From a virus: DNA of 64,000 nt. Shown one piece after another: positions 10,389-19,997 of this stretch. The DNA lies in IMG/VR virus record IMGVR_UViG_3300025645_000067, positions 2,949 through 66,948 of that record; one strand, 5' to 3'. The position numbers were made by a program, and so were the translations under genes. Position 1 is the first letter of the stretch. Each line of letters opens with the position of its first letter. A model generated the notes under the pieces. The model was not told the origin of the DNA. It was given only the letters and a program-made list of their open reading frames with translations, and ran no database searches.

Positions 10389-10658
10389 ATGGAATGTTTG
10401 AACAAATTTAAATTAGAAGTAACCGCCAAGCATATTAGTAATGCTATTGTAGGTACACCTAATTGCCCCATCAAGTTAGCTTTTCAAGAAATGGGTTTTA
10501 TTTGCGTTGTTAGGCGTGGTTACGTAGATTTTTATACCTCTGAAATTAGACACACTAAAATAGTACTAGGTAGACTACCTACAGAAGCTAGAAGATTTAT
10601 TGATGCTTTTGATAGTGGTTCAACTGTCAAGCCTTTTGCCTTCATTATAGAATTGTAA
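10389..10658 (+). CDS. hypothetical early protein
   Basis: 89 aa ORF with A-rich leader; NCPIKLA and FIDAFDSG..VKPF pattern. Confidence 0.7.
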   Translation: MECLNKFKLEVTAKHISNAIVGTPNCPIKLAFQEMGFICVVRRGYVDFYTSEIRHTKIVLGRLPTEARRFIDAFDSGSTVKPFAFIIEL

Positions 10659-10691
10659 ATTTTATTTTTTAACTTCATAAATATATTGATT

Positions 10692-11585
10692 ATGACTACT
10701 TTAGTTAGTAAGCCTACCAAGAAGATTATTGAAACGACCTCTTTTATCGAACAAACGTCAAGTATTAGATTTGATGAGCGTCAAAAGCTTTTTGTACCAG
10801 TAAGACAGGTGGAAACGAAAAGATTGATTAACCAACCTGCAATGAGTTTAGACCATTGTACCAAGTTGAATGTAATCACTCATCCAGATGGACATGATTT
10901 AATTGTTAACGCTTGCTCTGATAAGTACGCCTTAACTCCATTACAAGCGATTTTAGAACCTTTTGAGGCTCTACTGGATAAACACTTCGAGTTTGAGGTT
11001 AAGTACACTCACAGGAACTTTGCAGAATTTTTTATTGATTACAAATTGATTGGGGAAACGATTGGTAGTAGTGTTGACCAACTTTGCCCTAAATTGAGAT
11101 TATGCCACTCCTATACTGGTTGTGTGAATTTTCAACTAGTTGCAGGAGTTTACAGATTCATTTGCTCTAATGGTATGGTAGGATGGGCTGAGGATGGTAA
11201 GGTAACTCATCTAAAGCGTAAGCACATGGGAGGAGTGGATGTTAATTGGATTATGGAGAACTTGACTTCTACAGTTGAAACCTTACTTACCAAGTTCCCA
11301 CAGTATAAGAAGGTTTATGAGGTCTTAAATGACCGAATGGTTGACAACCTTACAGAACGATTTGAAATTTGTTCCAAGGCTACTAAGTTCCCTAAAACGT
11401 TTTTAAAGGAGGTTTTAGAGCGTACTTCTTATGAGCAGCGTAGGTATGATATTCCTAACAATGATTGGTTATTATACAATGGTATGAATTTCGTACTGAA
11501 CCACAATTACAAGGAATTGAAAATGAAGGAAGAAAACCGCATGGTACTTGACCAAAAAGTATCAAGTTGGTTTATGAATAACTAG
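10692..11585 (+). CDS. DUF932 family protein
   Basis: HSYTG...GVYRFICSNGMV...RKHMG motif; ATG at 10692 preferred over TTG at 10686. Confidence 0.8.
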   Translation: MTTLVSKPTKKIIETTSFIEQTSSIRFDERQKLFVPVRQVETKRLINQPAMSLDHCTKLNVITHPDGHDLIVNACSDKYALTPLQAILEPFEALLDKHFEFEVKYTHRNFAEFFIDYKLIGETIGSSVDQLCPKLRLCHSYTGCVNFQLVAGVYRFICSNGMVGWAEDGKVTHLKRKHMGGVDVNWIMENLTSTVETLLTKFPQYKKVYEVLNDRMVDNLTERFEICSKATKFPKTFLKEVLERTSYEQRRYDIPNNDWLLYNGMNFVLNHNYKELKMKEENRMVLDQKVSSWFMNN

Positions 11586-11619
11586 AGGCTGTTCCAAACC
11601 GATAAGTATTTGAAACCTT

Positions 11620-11658
11620 TGGGGAGGTAGTGGATGATTAGAGTTGCTACCTCCACCA
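11620..11658 (+). terminator. GC-rich hairpin (terminator or processing site)
   Basis: ggaggtagtgg...ttgctacctcc; weak U-tail. Confidence 0.45.
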
Positions 11659-11685
11659 ATTAATTAAAATTTTAAATCTAGATAA

Positions 11686-11913
11686 ATGATTTATTATCAA
11701 GTGTATAAAACGACTGATTTAGAAAAGGGTGCAAAATGTAAGTGTAAACATTGTGGAAGAAATAGACCTTACTTTCATGCAGTACCTTTATGCTTTACTC
11801 CAAGTGAGAAAATTTGGAAACCTTTATGTAAGGTGGGAACAACGTTAGTAAGATGTACTTATGCAGATTCCCAATTTAAAGGAGAGAAAAAAGAAATTTT
11901 AACTGTATATTAA
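11686..11913 (+). CDS. hypothetical Cys-rich protein
   Basis: 75 aa ORF with CKCKHCG. Confidence 0.55.
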   Translation: MIYYQVYKTTDLEKGAKCKCKHCGRNRPYFHAVPLCFTPSEKIWKPLCKVGTTLVRCTYADSQFKGEKKEILTVY

Positions 11914-11927
11914 AACGTAAAATAATT

Positions 11928-12326
11928 ATGTATAAGACAATAGGAGATTTCAAAAATAAGAAGGATGCTGATACCTCTAAACTTTTCGCCAAATTTAAAA
12001 TATTTTTTGCCCTTAGTCCTGAGCAATTTGCAAAAGGTAAGGCTAAGTACCCAGAAGTAAAAGAATGGGTGAATATGTTTGGTGGAGGTATTTGTCCTAA
12101 AGGGCAAAAGAAAGCATTTTACGAAGCTTTAAGCGAATTGACTGATAAACATATTGAGGAGGAGAAGAAAGCATTTTCTAAGGAGCGTATCATCTGTTAC
12201 CATTTAGCAAATTATGAGTCTTGGTACTCCCATGATATTACAGAAGCATTAGCTATTTGTAAGGATTATGGGTATACGGAAGAAGAGGTAGTAGAAGTAT
12301 TTCGTAATAATGTACCTAATTACTAG
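11928..12326 (+). CDS. hypothetical phage protein
   Basis: 132 aa; FFALSPEQF...GGG...YHLANYE pattern typical of phage early genes. Confidence 0.75.
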   Translation: MYKTIGDFKNKKDADTSKLFAKFKIFFALSPEQFAKGKAKYPEVKEWVNMFGGGICPKGQKKAFYEALSELTDKHIEEEKKAFSKERIICYHLANYESWYSHDITEALAICKDYGYTEEEVVEVFRNNVPNY

Positions 12327-12361
12327 ATTTAAAACAAGAAGTAAATTAAAACTAATTTAAA

Positions 12362-12766
12362 ATGATTAAGACAAAACAGGATTTCTTAGAATACCTTAAA
12401 TTTAGAGGCTTTATAAAGGGATTCGATTTCTTCGATTTTGACGAGCCAAAACATAGGTATAGTAATTCCATACAAGAGGATGAAGAGAATTTTTATTTAC
12501 ATCAATTACCTCCTTTACTAAAGTCTAGATATTTTACAGGGGTTAGTATCAAAAAATCCTTTTATACCCTATCCAAGTGCCCTAAGGAGCAGAAAAAAGT
12601 AATTGGTGACTTTATACCTTTGTCAGCTAAAACAGTCACAGGAAAGAGCCTAATAATGGTGGAAGTGAATTTTAAGTTTGATAACGAGGGCGAGAAAACA
12701 AAATTTATTAATCGGATGCTAAGTAAGGATAGAGTTACCAAGTTTAGTATCACAGAAATTAAATAG
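12362..12766 (+). CDS. hypothetical protein
   Basis: 134 aa ORF with A-rich leader. Confidence 0.65.
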   Translation: MIKTKQDFLEYLKFRGFIKGFDFFDFDEPKHRYSNSIQEDEENFYLHQLPPLLKSRYFTGVSIKKSFYTLSKCPKEQKKVIGDFIPLSAKTVTGKSLIMVEVNFKFDNEGEKTKFINRMLSKDRVTKFSITEIK

Positions 12767-12768
12767 TT

Positions 12769-13083
12769 ATGATTAAGTGTAAATTTACTTTAAATAGTTG
12801 GTGTGATGAAGAAAGTTATCACATGTTAAATGCCTACCTAAATAATACATTATTTAATCTACCTTGTAAACCCGATGTTTGGGATGATATAGATTTATAT
12901 AGTTGGTTAAATGAGTCTGATAATAAAACTGAACAGCTATTTGAAATTTTACAAAATCATACTTTAATTGTAGTCAGAACTACAATTATGAAAAATTCCA
13001 TACTTATTTATTTAAGTCCTGATGAATATTGCCATAGAGATATAGTATCTTGGAGAAGTAAAAATAGTGACGAAAAAGATTAG
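12769..13083 (+). CDS. hypothetical protein
   Basis: 104 aa ORF starting 2 nt after the upstream stop. Confidence 0.65.
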   Translation: MIKCKFTLNSWCDEESYHMLNAYLNNTLFNLPCKPDVWDDIDLYSWLNESDNKTEQLFEILQNHTLIVVRTTIMKNSILIYLSPDEYCHRDIVSWRSKNSDEKD

Positions 13084-13084
13084 T

Positions 13085-13143
13085 AAAAAAAATACCTCTA
13101 AAATCTTACGACTTTACAGGTATATATTAAATAACTTTTCTGA
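13085..13143 (-). ncRNA. candidate small RNA (~60 nt)
   Basis: Minus-strand TATCTTTG box at 13149-13156; terminator with GUAA loop (13093-13122) and U8 tail on the minus strand; no ORF. Confidence 0.55.
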
Positions 13144-13148
13144 CCGTA

Positions 13149-13180
13149 CAAAGATAGTATATTTTAATTAGTTATAAAAA
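13149..13180 (-). promoter_or_regulatory. leftward promoter
   Basis: Reverse complement reads TTTTTATAACTAATTAAAATATACTATCTTTG, a cassette variant with a perfect TAnnTTTG. Confidence 0.6.
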
Positions 13181-13182
13181 CA

Positions 13183-13215
13183 TTTGCCCGTTTAATTAAA
13201 AAATATTATCTTTAC
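13183..13215 (+). promoter_or_regulatory. rightward Bacteroidota-type promoter
   Basis: TTTG-N20-TATCTTTAC. Confidence 0.55.
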
Positions 13216-13240
13216 GGCTAATTATTATTTAAAACCTTAA

Positions 13241-14080
13241 ATAACTGTTCTGATAAAATCATTCACACATATAAATAATGTTACCCTTACCTACTTCGCC
13301 AACCAAGGCAAGTTTTCGGCATTAAGAGTATATGTTTTGATTCAGTCTTTATATAGTGGGAATATCCACACCAACCAAGTTATAGAATTAGCAAGCATCT
13401 TAGGTACTTCCAAATACAATATACAGCGTATACTGAAACAACTGATTAAAATGGATGTAGTAAAGCATCCTACTGAGAACTGGTATCATATTTCATCTTG
13501 GAGGAATAGACCTAATGTTATCACTAATCCTATCACTAATAAACCACTCAAAAATTATGTATTCGATGTAGATATTAACCAACTTATCCAAAAGGACGGT
13601 TTAAAATACCTACGTGCTATTTATTGGACTTATTGCCATAAGGTAGCTATCAAATATTCCAAAAGAAACCAAAAGACAAAACCTTTAGATACCCTAAAGA
13701 TTAAGACAACTTATCCACATATTGATAAAACCCGTCTCCGAACATTTGCAGAGGTATCCAGCAGTTTTGTAAAATCAGTACTAGATTTAGATAAATCACT
13801 CACTACTATTGCTAGAGGGGCTAAGTTAGCGGCTAAATATGGACTTTTAACCATATTGCCTAACTTTTCCTATTTTCGTACTAAATGTAAAGATGGTATT
13901 TTACGTCCTATCTTCTATGATTCCTTAAGTCAGGCTCAGGCAGTCTTACTCCATATTCATAGAACTAGTCAAGTATGCTACTCCGAACACTATGTTACTA
14001 GGAAATCTCTCAATATTAAAACAAATAGTATTAATTACTCCATAGTAAAGTATGAAAGTAATTACATCAGTATTATCTAA
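13241..14080 (+). CDS. winged-helix DNA-binding protein (possible replication initiator or regulator); start uncertain
   Basis: ELASILGTSKYNIQRILKQLIKMDVV helix-turn-helix, and a second one at SLTTIARGAKLAAKYGLL; frame open from 13241 with no ATG upstream of the first HTH (TTG at 13337). Confidence 0.6.
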   Translation: MTVLIKSFTHINNVTLTYFANQGKFSALRVYVLIQSLYSGNIHTNQVIELASILGTSKYNIQRILKQLIKMDVVKHPTENWYHISSWRNRPNVITNPITNKPLKNYVFDVDINQLIQKDGLKYLRAIYWTYCHKVAIKYSKRNQKTKPLDTLKIKTTYPHIDKTRLRTFAEVSSSFVKSVLDLDKSLTTIARGAKLAAKYGLLTILPNFSYFRTKCKDGILRPIFYDSLSQAQAVLLHIHRTSQVCYSEHYVTRKSLNIKTNSINYSIVKYESNYISII

Positions 14081-14238
14081 AACCTCCAAACCTTAGAAAG
14101 CCTTAGCCTTTTTGCCTACTGCCTTTCTTTTTTCCTAGGAGGACTATTTATCTGCAAATTTTGTAAATTATTTGCTTGCGTTTGGAAGGACGTATGGGAA
14201 TTTATTGTTTAATAAATAAAATAATAATAAAAATAAAA

Positions 14239-15015
14239 ATGGAGAATTTATTGATTGAAGGAGATTGTCTAGTAGAACTAAAAACTATCGAAAGTAATAG
14301 TATTGATATGATACTAGCGGATTTACCTTATGGAACAACTCAAAATAAATGGGATTCAATAATACCATTAGATTTATTGTGGGTGGAATATAAAAGAATT
14401 TTAAAACCTAATGGAGTAATAGCGTTAACCTCACAAGGTATTTTTACTGCTAAACTTATATTAAGTAATGAAAAGTGGTTTAAATATAAATTGTCTTGGG
14501 TTAAATCTAAAGCTACTAATTTTCTGAATGCTAAGAAGCAACCACTAAGGAAGCATGAAGATGTCTGTATCTTTTACAATAAAAAACCTACATATAATCC
14601 TAAAATGTCTTTAGGTGATGCTTACGATAAAGGAGTTAGAAAAAATCAATTGACAGGTAGTTATGGTGTATTTAAACAAAGTCATGTAAAAAGTGATGGA
14701 TTAAGATACCCTACGGATGTTATCTATTTTAAAACCGCAGAGAGCGAAGGACAAGTATATCATAGTACACAAAAACCTATAGAATTAGGTAGGTATCTAA
14801 TAAAGACTTATTCTAACGAAGGTGATGTAGTATTAGACAATGTTTGTGGTAGTGGTAGTTTTCTTGTGGCAGCGGAATTAGAATATAGGAAATATATCGG
14901 TATAGACTTAAATGATGAGTCTATGAGGTTTAAAAAAGAACCTATAGATTTAATAGGTATAACTTCTAAAAGACTATTGGCAATAGGTAGTAAATTTAAA
15001 ACTGTTATCAAATGA
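14239..15015 (+). CDS. DNA methyltransferase, N6A/N4C beta class
   Basis: GDCL...DLPYG motif IV; HSTQKP; VVLDNVCGSGS motif I; ATG at 14239 after an A-rich leader. Confidence 0.92.
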   Translation: MENLLIEGDCLVELKTIESNSIDMILADLPYGTTQNKWDSIIPLDLLWVEYKRILKPNGVIALTSQGIFTAKLILSNEKWFKYKLSWVKSKATNFLNAKKQPLRKHEDVCIFYNKKPTYNPKMSLGDAYDKGVRKNQLTGSYGVFKQSHVKSDGLRYPTDVIYFKTAESEGQVYHSTQKPIELGRYLIKTYSNEGDVVLDNVCGSGSFLVAAELEYRKYIGIDLNDESMRFKKEPIDLIGITSKRLLAIGSKFKTVIK

Positions 15016-16409
15016 TTAAAGAATATCAACTAGAGATACTAAAATTTCTTTGCACCGATAAGCAAGGAAAAATCCATTTGCCAAGATTAGATAATACATT
15101 ATTTGATTTTGAAGAATTGAAGGTAATTTTCAATTTATTATTTGAATACTTTGAGAAGTGGGAAAGGTTACCTACCAAAGTAGACATGTTACAACATTTA
15201 CAGGAGTTCGGTAAGAAGAAAGATTTAAAAAGTGCAGTTGTAAGGACTTTAAAAATATCGGTCAATAGTGTTTATGATAAGGAATTAGCAGCTAATGTAG
15301 AAAAGATTGAGGCAGACCTAATTAAATATGCTCAGTATAAGATGACTAAGAAACTCTTTACAGAACACGCTAAGGAATTGAAGGATGCAGACATGGGTTT
15401 ATTTGAAACTATCTCAGATAAAATGCTAAAGATAGTAGATTTACCAAAAAACACCAACAAGCAGGTAATTGGTACAGGGTTTCTTTTAGCGGATGCAGAT
15501 AAGCCAGAAAAAAGAAATGATACTATTTACCATCGTACATTCTTACCGAAGCTGAATATGTTGTCAGGTGGTAAAGGGTGGGCATCGCCAGAGCTTATAA
15601 TCTTTGCAGGGGAGCAGAAAATTGGGAAAACCGCAGTAGTGGTTAACCTTGCTAAAAACTTTGTTCTAAGCGGCTTAAAAGTGTTCGTAGCGGATGCAGA
15701 GAATGGCAAGTACCAATGGAAATCCAGAGTAAAACAATCAATGTTAGATTGTAAGGAGTCAGAGATAACTACAGAAGAAAATAAAAAGTTATATAAACAA
15801 CTGGTAGAGACTTACAAATTATTGGGAGGAGACATGGTAATAGAATTTTATCCAGCAGGTACAGCAAGTGCTAGAGATGTAGAAAATGACCTAGACATCT
15901 TAGAAGATAAATTTGGATGGATTCCAGATGTAATAATATGGGATTACCCTGACTGGTTTGTAGCGAATGATAAGTACAAGCGGAGAGAAAAGCGTATTAA
16001 CATCCAGCATGTTTATATGGACATCGTAGCTTTAAATGATTCAAAGGGTTGTTTTAGTGTTGGTTTATCGCAAATAGTTAGAAGTGCTATAGGTAAACCT
16101 TCCTATGATAATACGGATTTAGATGAGGATTTTGCTAAGACAAAAAATGCTCACAGGGTATTTGGTATCTGCCAAACCAAGCATGAGATTAGGAACAAGA
16201 AAACCAAGGAGATTATTTATGCTAATGAAGAAAAGCTAGGCATCTTAAGATTAGAACCAATTGCACAACGTCAAGGCTCGTCAAGAGGAGCATGTACTGT
16301 TAGGATAAATAAGGAGCATAGTTACATTGAGCCTATGACTATTGAGGAAGTCAGAGCAATTAGGGGGCAACGCCCTAAAGTGGATATTAAAAATGTTAAA
16401 GACGAATAA
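15012..16409 (+). CDS. DnaB-like (SF4) replicative helicase
   Basis: Walker A GEQKIGKT, catalytic DAE, IIWDYPD, LSQ. Confidence 0.88.
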   Translation: MIKEYQLEILKFLCTDKQGKIHLPRLDNTLFDFEELKVIFNLLFEYFEKWERLPTKVDMLQHLQEFGKKKDLKSAVVRTLKISVNSVYDKELAANVEKIEADLIKYAQYKMTKKLFTEHAKELKDADMGLFETISDKMLKIVDLPKNTNKQVIGTGFLLADADKPEKRNDTIYHRTFLPKLNMLSGGKGWASPELIIFAGEQKIGKTAVVVNLAKNFVLSGLKVFVADAENGKYQWKSRVKQSMLDCKESEITTEENKKLYKQLVETYKLLGGDMVIEFYPAGTASARDVENDLDILEDKFGWIPDVIIWDYPDWFVANDKYKRREKRINIQHVYMDIVALNDSKGCFSVGLSQIVRSAIGKPSYDNTDLDEDFAKTKNAHRVFGICQTKHEIRNKKTKEIIYANEEKLGILRLEPIAQRQGSSRGACTVRINKEHSYIEPMTIEEVRAIRGQRPKVDIKNVKDE

Positions 16410-16413
16410 ATAT

Positions 16414-16445
16414 CTTTATAACTGTAAAAAATATTGTATCTTTAC
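16414..16445 (+). promoter_or_regulatory. degenerate promoter cassette upstream of primase
   Basis: CTTTATAACTGTAAAA...TATCTTTAC. Confidence 0.55.
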
Positions 16446-16473
16446 AAAAACTTTTAAAACTGAAAAATGTACG

Positions 16474-17466
16474 ATGAGTGATATTTCAAACTTATACTCC
16501 TATTTTCAAGAAACACACCAAATAAAAAAATCTAGTAAAAATTGGTGGATTTTTTCTTGTCCTTTTTGCGACCGAAACCGCCTAAAGAAGAAATGTGCAG
16601 TTAGATTTGATTGGAATAGGGTAAAGTGTTGGTCATGTAATTACTCTGCTACTGTTCTTGGGTTCGTACTAGATTTGGAGAGCCTTGATTATAAATCAGT
16701 ACATAATTTTTTGACAGGGTATACCCAGCACAAGTTTAAATTAGAGGCTTCGGAAGAGGTACAGCCATACAGTAAAATAACTTTACCAGTAGGTTTTAAG
16801 AATATTTTGGATGGAGATTCTTTATTAGGAAATAAAGCTCGAAAGTACCTCAGAAAAAGAGGTTTTAATATTGAGCACCTTAGTAAAATGGGTTTTGGTT
16901 ATTCAGATGAGCATGATACGAATGATGAGCCCCTAGATTACTTTGGTTATATCATAATTCCTTTTAAGATAAAAGGGATACTACAATACTACATAGGAAG
17001 GGATTTTATAGGGAATTTTCTGAGGTATAAAAATCCACCAGCAGAAATGTTCGAAGTATCCAGAAAAGATATATTTTTTAATGAGGATGCCTTAAGTATC
17101 TGTAAGGAGGTAGATATAGTAGAGGGTTGGGCAGATGCTATGACGATGGGTAATACTGGTATATCTGTTCAAGGCTCAATTTTTAGTGATACCCAAACTA
17201 ATAAACTTATAAATGCTAGATGTGATAATTATGTATTTATTCCAGATAGCGGAGTAGATGGTAAAGGAGAAACCTTTTACCAAAAAACGATACAATATGT
17301 TTTAGATTTTTTAATTGAGCACAAAAATGTTAAGGTAGTAAACCTTAACATTACAAAAAGAGAGGGAAAGGATATAAATGAGTTAGGTAAACATTATATT
17401 GATTATTTAAAACACCAGACTCCCTATCTCACTTTTTCTAGTGCTATGCAAATATTAATGATATGA
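16474..17466 (+). CDS. DNA primase (Zn finger + TOPRIM)
   Basis: CPFC...CWSC; YLRKRG; IIIPF; VEGWADA; KDINE; ATG 16474 follows the promoter and leader. Confidence 0.9.
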   Translation: MSDISNLYSYFQETHQIKKSSKNWWIFSCPFCDRNRLKKKCAVRFDWNRVKCWSCNYSATVLGFVLDLESLDYKSVHNFLTGYTQHKFKLEASEEVQPYSKITLPVGFKNILDGDSLLGNKARKYLRKRGFNIEHLSKMGFGYSDEHDTNDEPLDYFGYIIIPFKIKGILQYYIGRDFIGNFLRYKNPPAEMFEVSRKDIFFNEDALSICKEVDIVEGWADAMTMGNTGISVQGSIFSDTQTNKLINARCDNYVFIPDSGVDGKGETFYQKTIQYVLDFLIEHKNVKVVNLNITKREGKDINELGKHYIDYLKHQTPYLTFSSAMQILMI

Positions 17467-17732
17467 AAGTACCTAGGTTAAGAATGAAAACCCAATATAC
17501 TAAATGTGCAGGTTGTGTAGGTCTAGCAATTTCTGAGAGTGGTAAAAGTTATAAATGTAAGTTAGGACATACTATACATTATACATTTGACCAAGAAGGG
17601 CAATTTCCCTTCGCACCCAAACCTGTTGAACTTTGCAGGAAACCAAAGACGAAGCAGCATTTAGATGTGATAATTGAGCACCGAAAAAATAAAATCTATG
17701 CAAAGAAATCCAACAATAAAGATAACCCATAG
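17463..17732 (+). CDS. hypothetical Cys-containing basic protein
   Basis: 89 aa; CAGC...CKLGH...CRKPK. Confidence 0.6.
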   Translation: MKVPRLRMKTQYTKCAGCVGLAISESGKSYKCKLGHTIHYTFDQEGQFPFAPKPVELCRKPKTKQHLDVIIEHRKNKIYAKKSNNKDNP

Positions 17733-18516
17733 TGATTTTTTAAAAGTTTGTAAGGATTATGGACTAACTGCTACAATAGCTAGGAAATTGTTTAAGGAAT
17801 GCGGTAAATTTAATATTGTAGATAGGATAGCGGTAGGAGGCGGTAAAGCTAAACTTGCTTTAATCTCTAAGGAGATAAGTATCGAATCTAATACAAAAGC
17901 TATCAACCAATTGAATCAATGTTTAACCTCAGTAAGAGCTAAGATTACAGGTATAAATTATGTAAAGGTTGTTACAAAAGGTACTGCTCAGTACAAGCAA
18001 TTGGATTCCATCCTACCATTAGCACAAGCATTTTGTATGAATTTTAGAATGACTCAAATGGATGGTTTTACTGAATATCTAAGAATAGGTATCGGTCTAA
18101 TGGGTAAAAAATATGGATTAAATAAATTCCAGTACTATAATGATAAGATATTTTCCATATATAAATACAAGCAAGAATTAGATAAGGATACCGATAAAAT
18201 AAGTACTATTGATTTCTATAATTTTTATAGGGAGATTTTAATAAGCAGGATAGGAGTAGAATACAGTATAGAAGAAAGTGATTGGGAAAGGAAAATAGAT
18301 TTCCTCTATGGCAAACAGGAGGCAGACGATAATAAAGCATTATATAGAGATTGGATAAATGCTCAATTTGATGGACTTTCCTTTTTAGATGTAGTACCAG
18401 AGCCTAGTCAATTATATGGCGGTAAATCTAAAGAGAGGTATATATCTTATATGAGTAGTGAAAATTTAACCTCCGATAAGTCTAATGATTTATTGGAAAG
18501 TTCACCATACGAATGA
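17698..18516 (+). CDS. hypothetical replication-region protein
   Basis: Long ORF between primase and SF2 helicase; ATG 17698 preferred. Confidence 0.7.
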   Translation: MQRNPTIKITHSDFLKVCKDYGLTATIARKLFKECGKFNIVDRIAVGGGKAKLALISKEISIESNTKAINQLNQCLTSVRAKITGINYVKVVTKGTAQYKQLDSILPLAQAFCMNFRMTQMDGFTEYLRIGIGLMGKKYGLNKFQYYNDKIFSIYKYKQELDKDTDKISTIDFYNFYREILISRIGVEYSIEESDWERKIDFLYGKQEADDNKALYRDWINAQFDGLSFLDVVPEPSQLYGGKSKERYISYMSSENLTSDKSNDLLESSPYE

Positions 18517-19997
18517 AATTAGTAATTGGAAATGTAAAAAGTAGGGCAATACTAGGAGGTAATGACCTAGTATTAAAGTTGGATAAGGAATTGAAAAAAT
18601 ATCTAAGAGTTAGAAGAGATGGGTATGATAGGTCACAAGCTTATAGGGAGCATAGATGGGATGGTTATACTAGTTTGGTAACTTCTAAATGGGAGTTCGC
18701 TACAGGTTTCGTACCCAATGTGCTAAATTTAGCAAAAAGTCTAGGATGCTCCATAACAATAGGGGATGAGCGAATTAATTTACCGACATTTGTAAAAGAG
18801 CCTGTTTTAGGTATAGGTAACGATGAGGGTTGGGAATTGAGAGACTACCAATTAGAGGCAGTACAAGCAGTAAATAATTTTATTGATGTGGAAGGTGTAA
18901 AATTATATTTTCCTAGAGGTATACTAGATGCAGCCACAAATGCAGGTAAGACCTCTATTATAGCAGGATTGTTAAATAATTTAGAGGAGTTCAACTGCTT
19001 GTATTTAGTAGATAGGCAAGTAAATTTTACAGGTACTTACCATTTTTTTAATCAATTGTATGATGTTGGGATAATCTGCTCCACCGCTTTAGCTAGGGAA
19101 TGTGGTAAGACAGGTAAAGAGAATTACCAGCCTACTAGTGAATTTACTTTAGCTATGATTGGTACTATTAAAGGACACCTACCCAAAGCTAATTTCCTAA
19201 AGTATATGAATAAGAAAACAGTAGTTATTGTAGATGAAGCTCATAGAGGAGCATCCGATACCTACATAAAAGTTTTGAGGAAAATTAATGCAGGTATGAG
19301 AATTTTTATGTCAGGTACTTCTATGGATATAAAGAGTAAGTATAAGAAACTTATGCTAGTGGCTCAGTCAGGTACAAAATTAGCTACAATTGAAAACAAG
19401 GAATTAATTGATAAAGGAGTATCCCTACCTCCAATTGTTAACATTTATTTGAATGATAGTCATGTATTTGCGCAAGAATACCACTCTAATTATAAGAGTA
19501 ACCTAGTTTATTCTGATCCTAGGATGGTTACAGTAATAGAAGATTTGAAAAAAGACTCAGATGGTGTAGTAGTTGTAGTAAAATTTCTAGAGCATGGACA
19601 GTTATATTATGATGCTATTTGTCAAGTGTTGGGAGCAGAGAACGTAGAATTTATTCATGGTAGTGATAAGCAGAGGTTTGAAAAGATACAGGATTTTAAA
19701 GACAAGAAATTTCCTGTAATTGTATCCACCTCAGTACTTCAAGAATCTGCCAATGTGCCAAGGATAAGAAAAATATGGTTTTTGGCAGGAGGTAAGGACG
19801 TAGTAGCAATTAAGCAATGGTATGGCAGGAGTGCTAGAGAGGATGGAGAAAATGACCATGTAGTATTTAATGATTTTTTCGATGGTTACGATGTTTTAGC
19901 AAAACATTCTAGAATAAGGATTAAAGCCTTAAAAAAACAAGGCTTTGATATTAATTTTCATTATGAGTGTAATGCTCACTTCACACCTACAAAATGA
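18513..19997 (+). CDS. SF2 DEAH helicase (UvsW-like)
   Basis: LRDYQ, AATNAGKT, VDEAH, MSGT, QWYGRSAR. Confidence 0.92.
   Translation: MKLVIGNVKSRAILGGNDLVLKLDKELKKYLRVRRDGYDRSQAYREHRWDGYTSLVTSKWEFATGFVPNVLNLAKSLGCSITIGDERINLPTFVKEPVLGIGNDEGWELRDYQLEAVQAVNNFIDVEGVKLYFPRGILDAATNAGKTSIIAGLLNNLEEFNCLYLVDRQVNFTGTYHFFNQLYDVGIICSTALARECGKTGKENYQPTSEFTLAMIGTIKGHLPKANFLKYMNKKTVVIVDEAHRGASDTYIKVLRKINAGMRIFMSGTSMDIKSKYKKLMLVAQSGTKLATIENKELIDKGVSLPPIVNIYLNDSHVFAQEYHSNYKSNLVYSDPRMVTVIEDLKKDSDGVVVVVKFLEHGQLYYDAICQVLGAENVEFIHGSDKQRFEKIQDFKDKKFPVIVSTSVLQESANVPRIRKIWFLAGGKDVVAIKQWYGRSAREDGENDHVVFNDFFDGYDVLAKHSRIRIKALKKQGFDINFHYECNAHFTPTK

Noticed and set aside
16342-16473. N-terminal extension of primase in the ORF track (likewise 14176-14238 for the methyltransferase)
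   Set aside because: The extension spans the helicase end, a promoter motif and an A-rich leader; the downstream ATGs fit the domain starts better.
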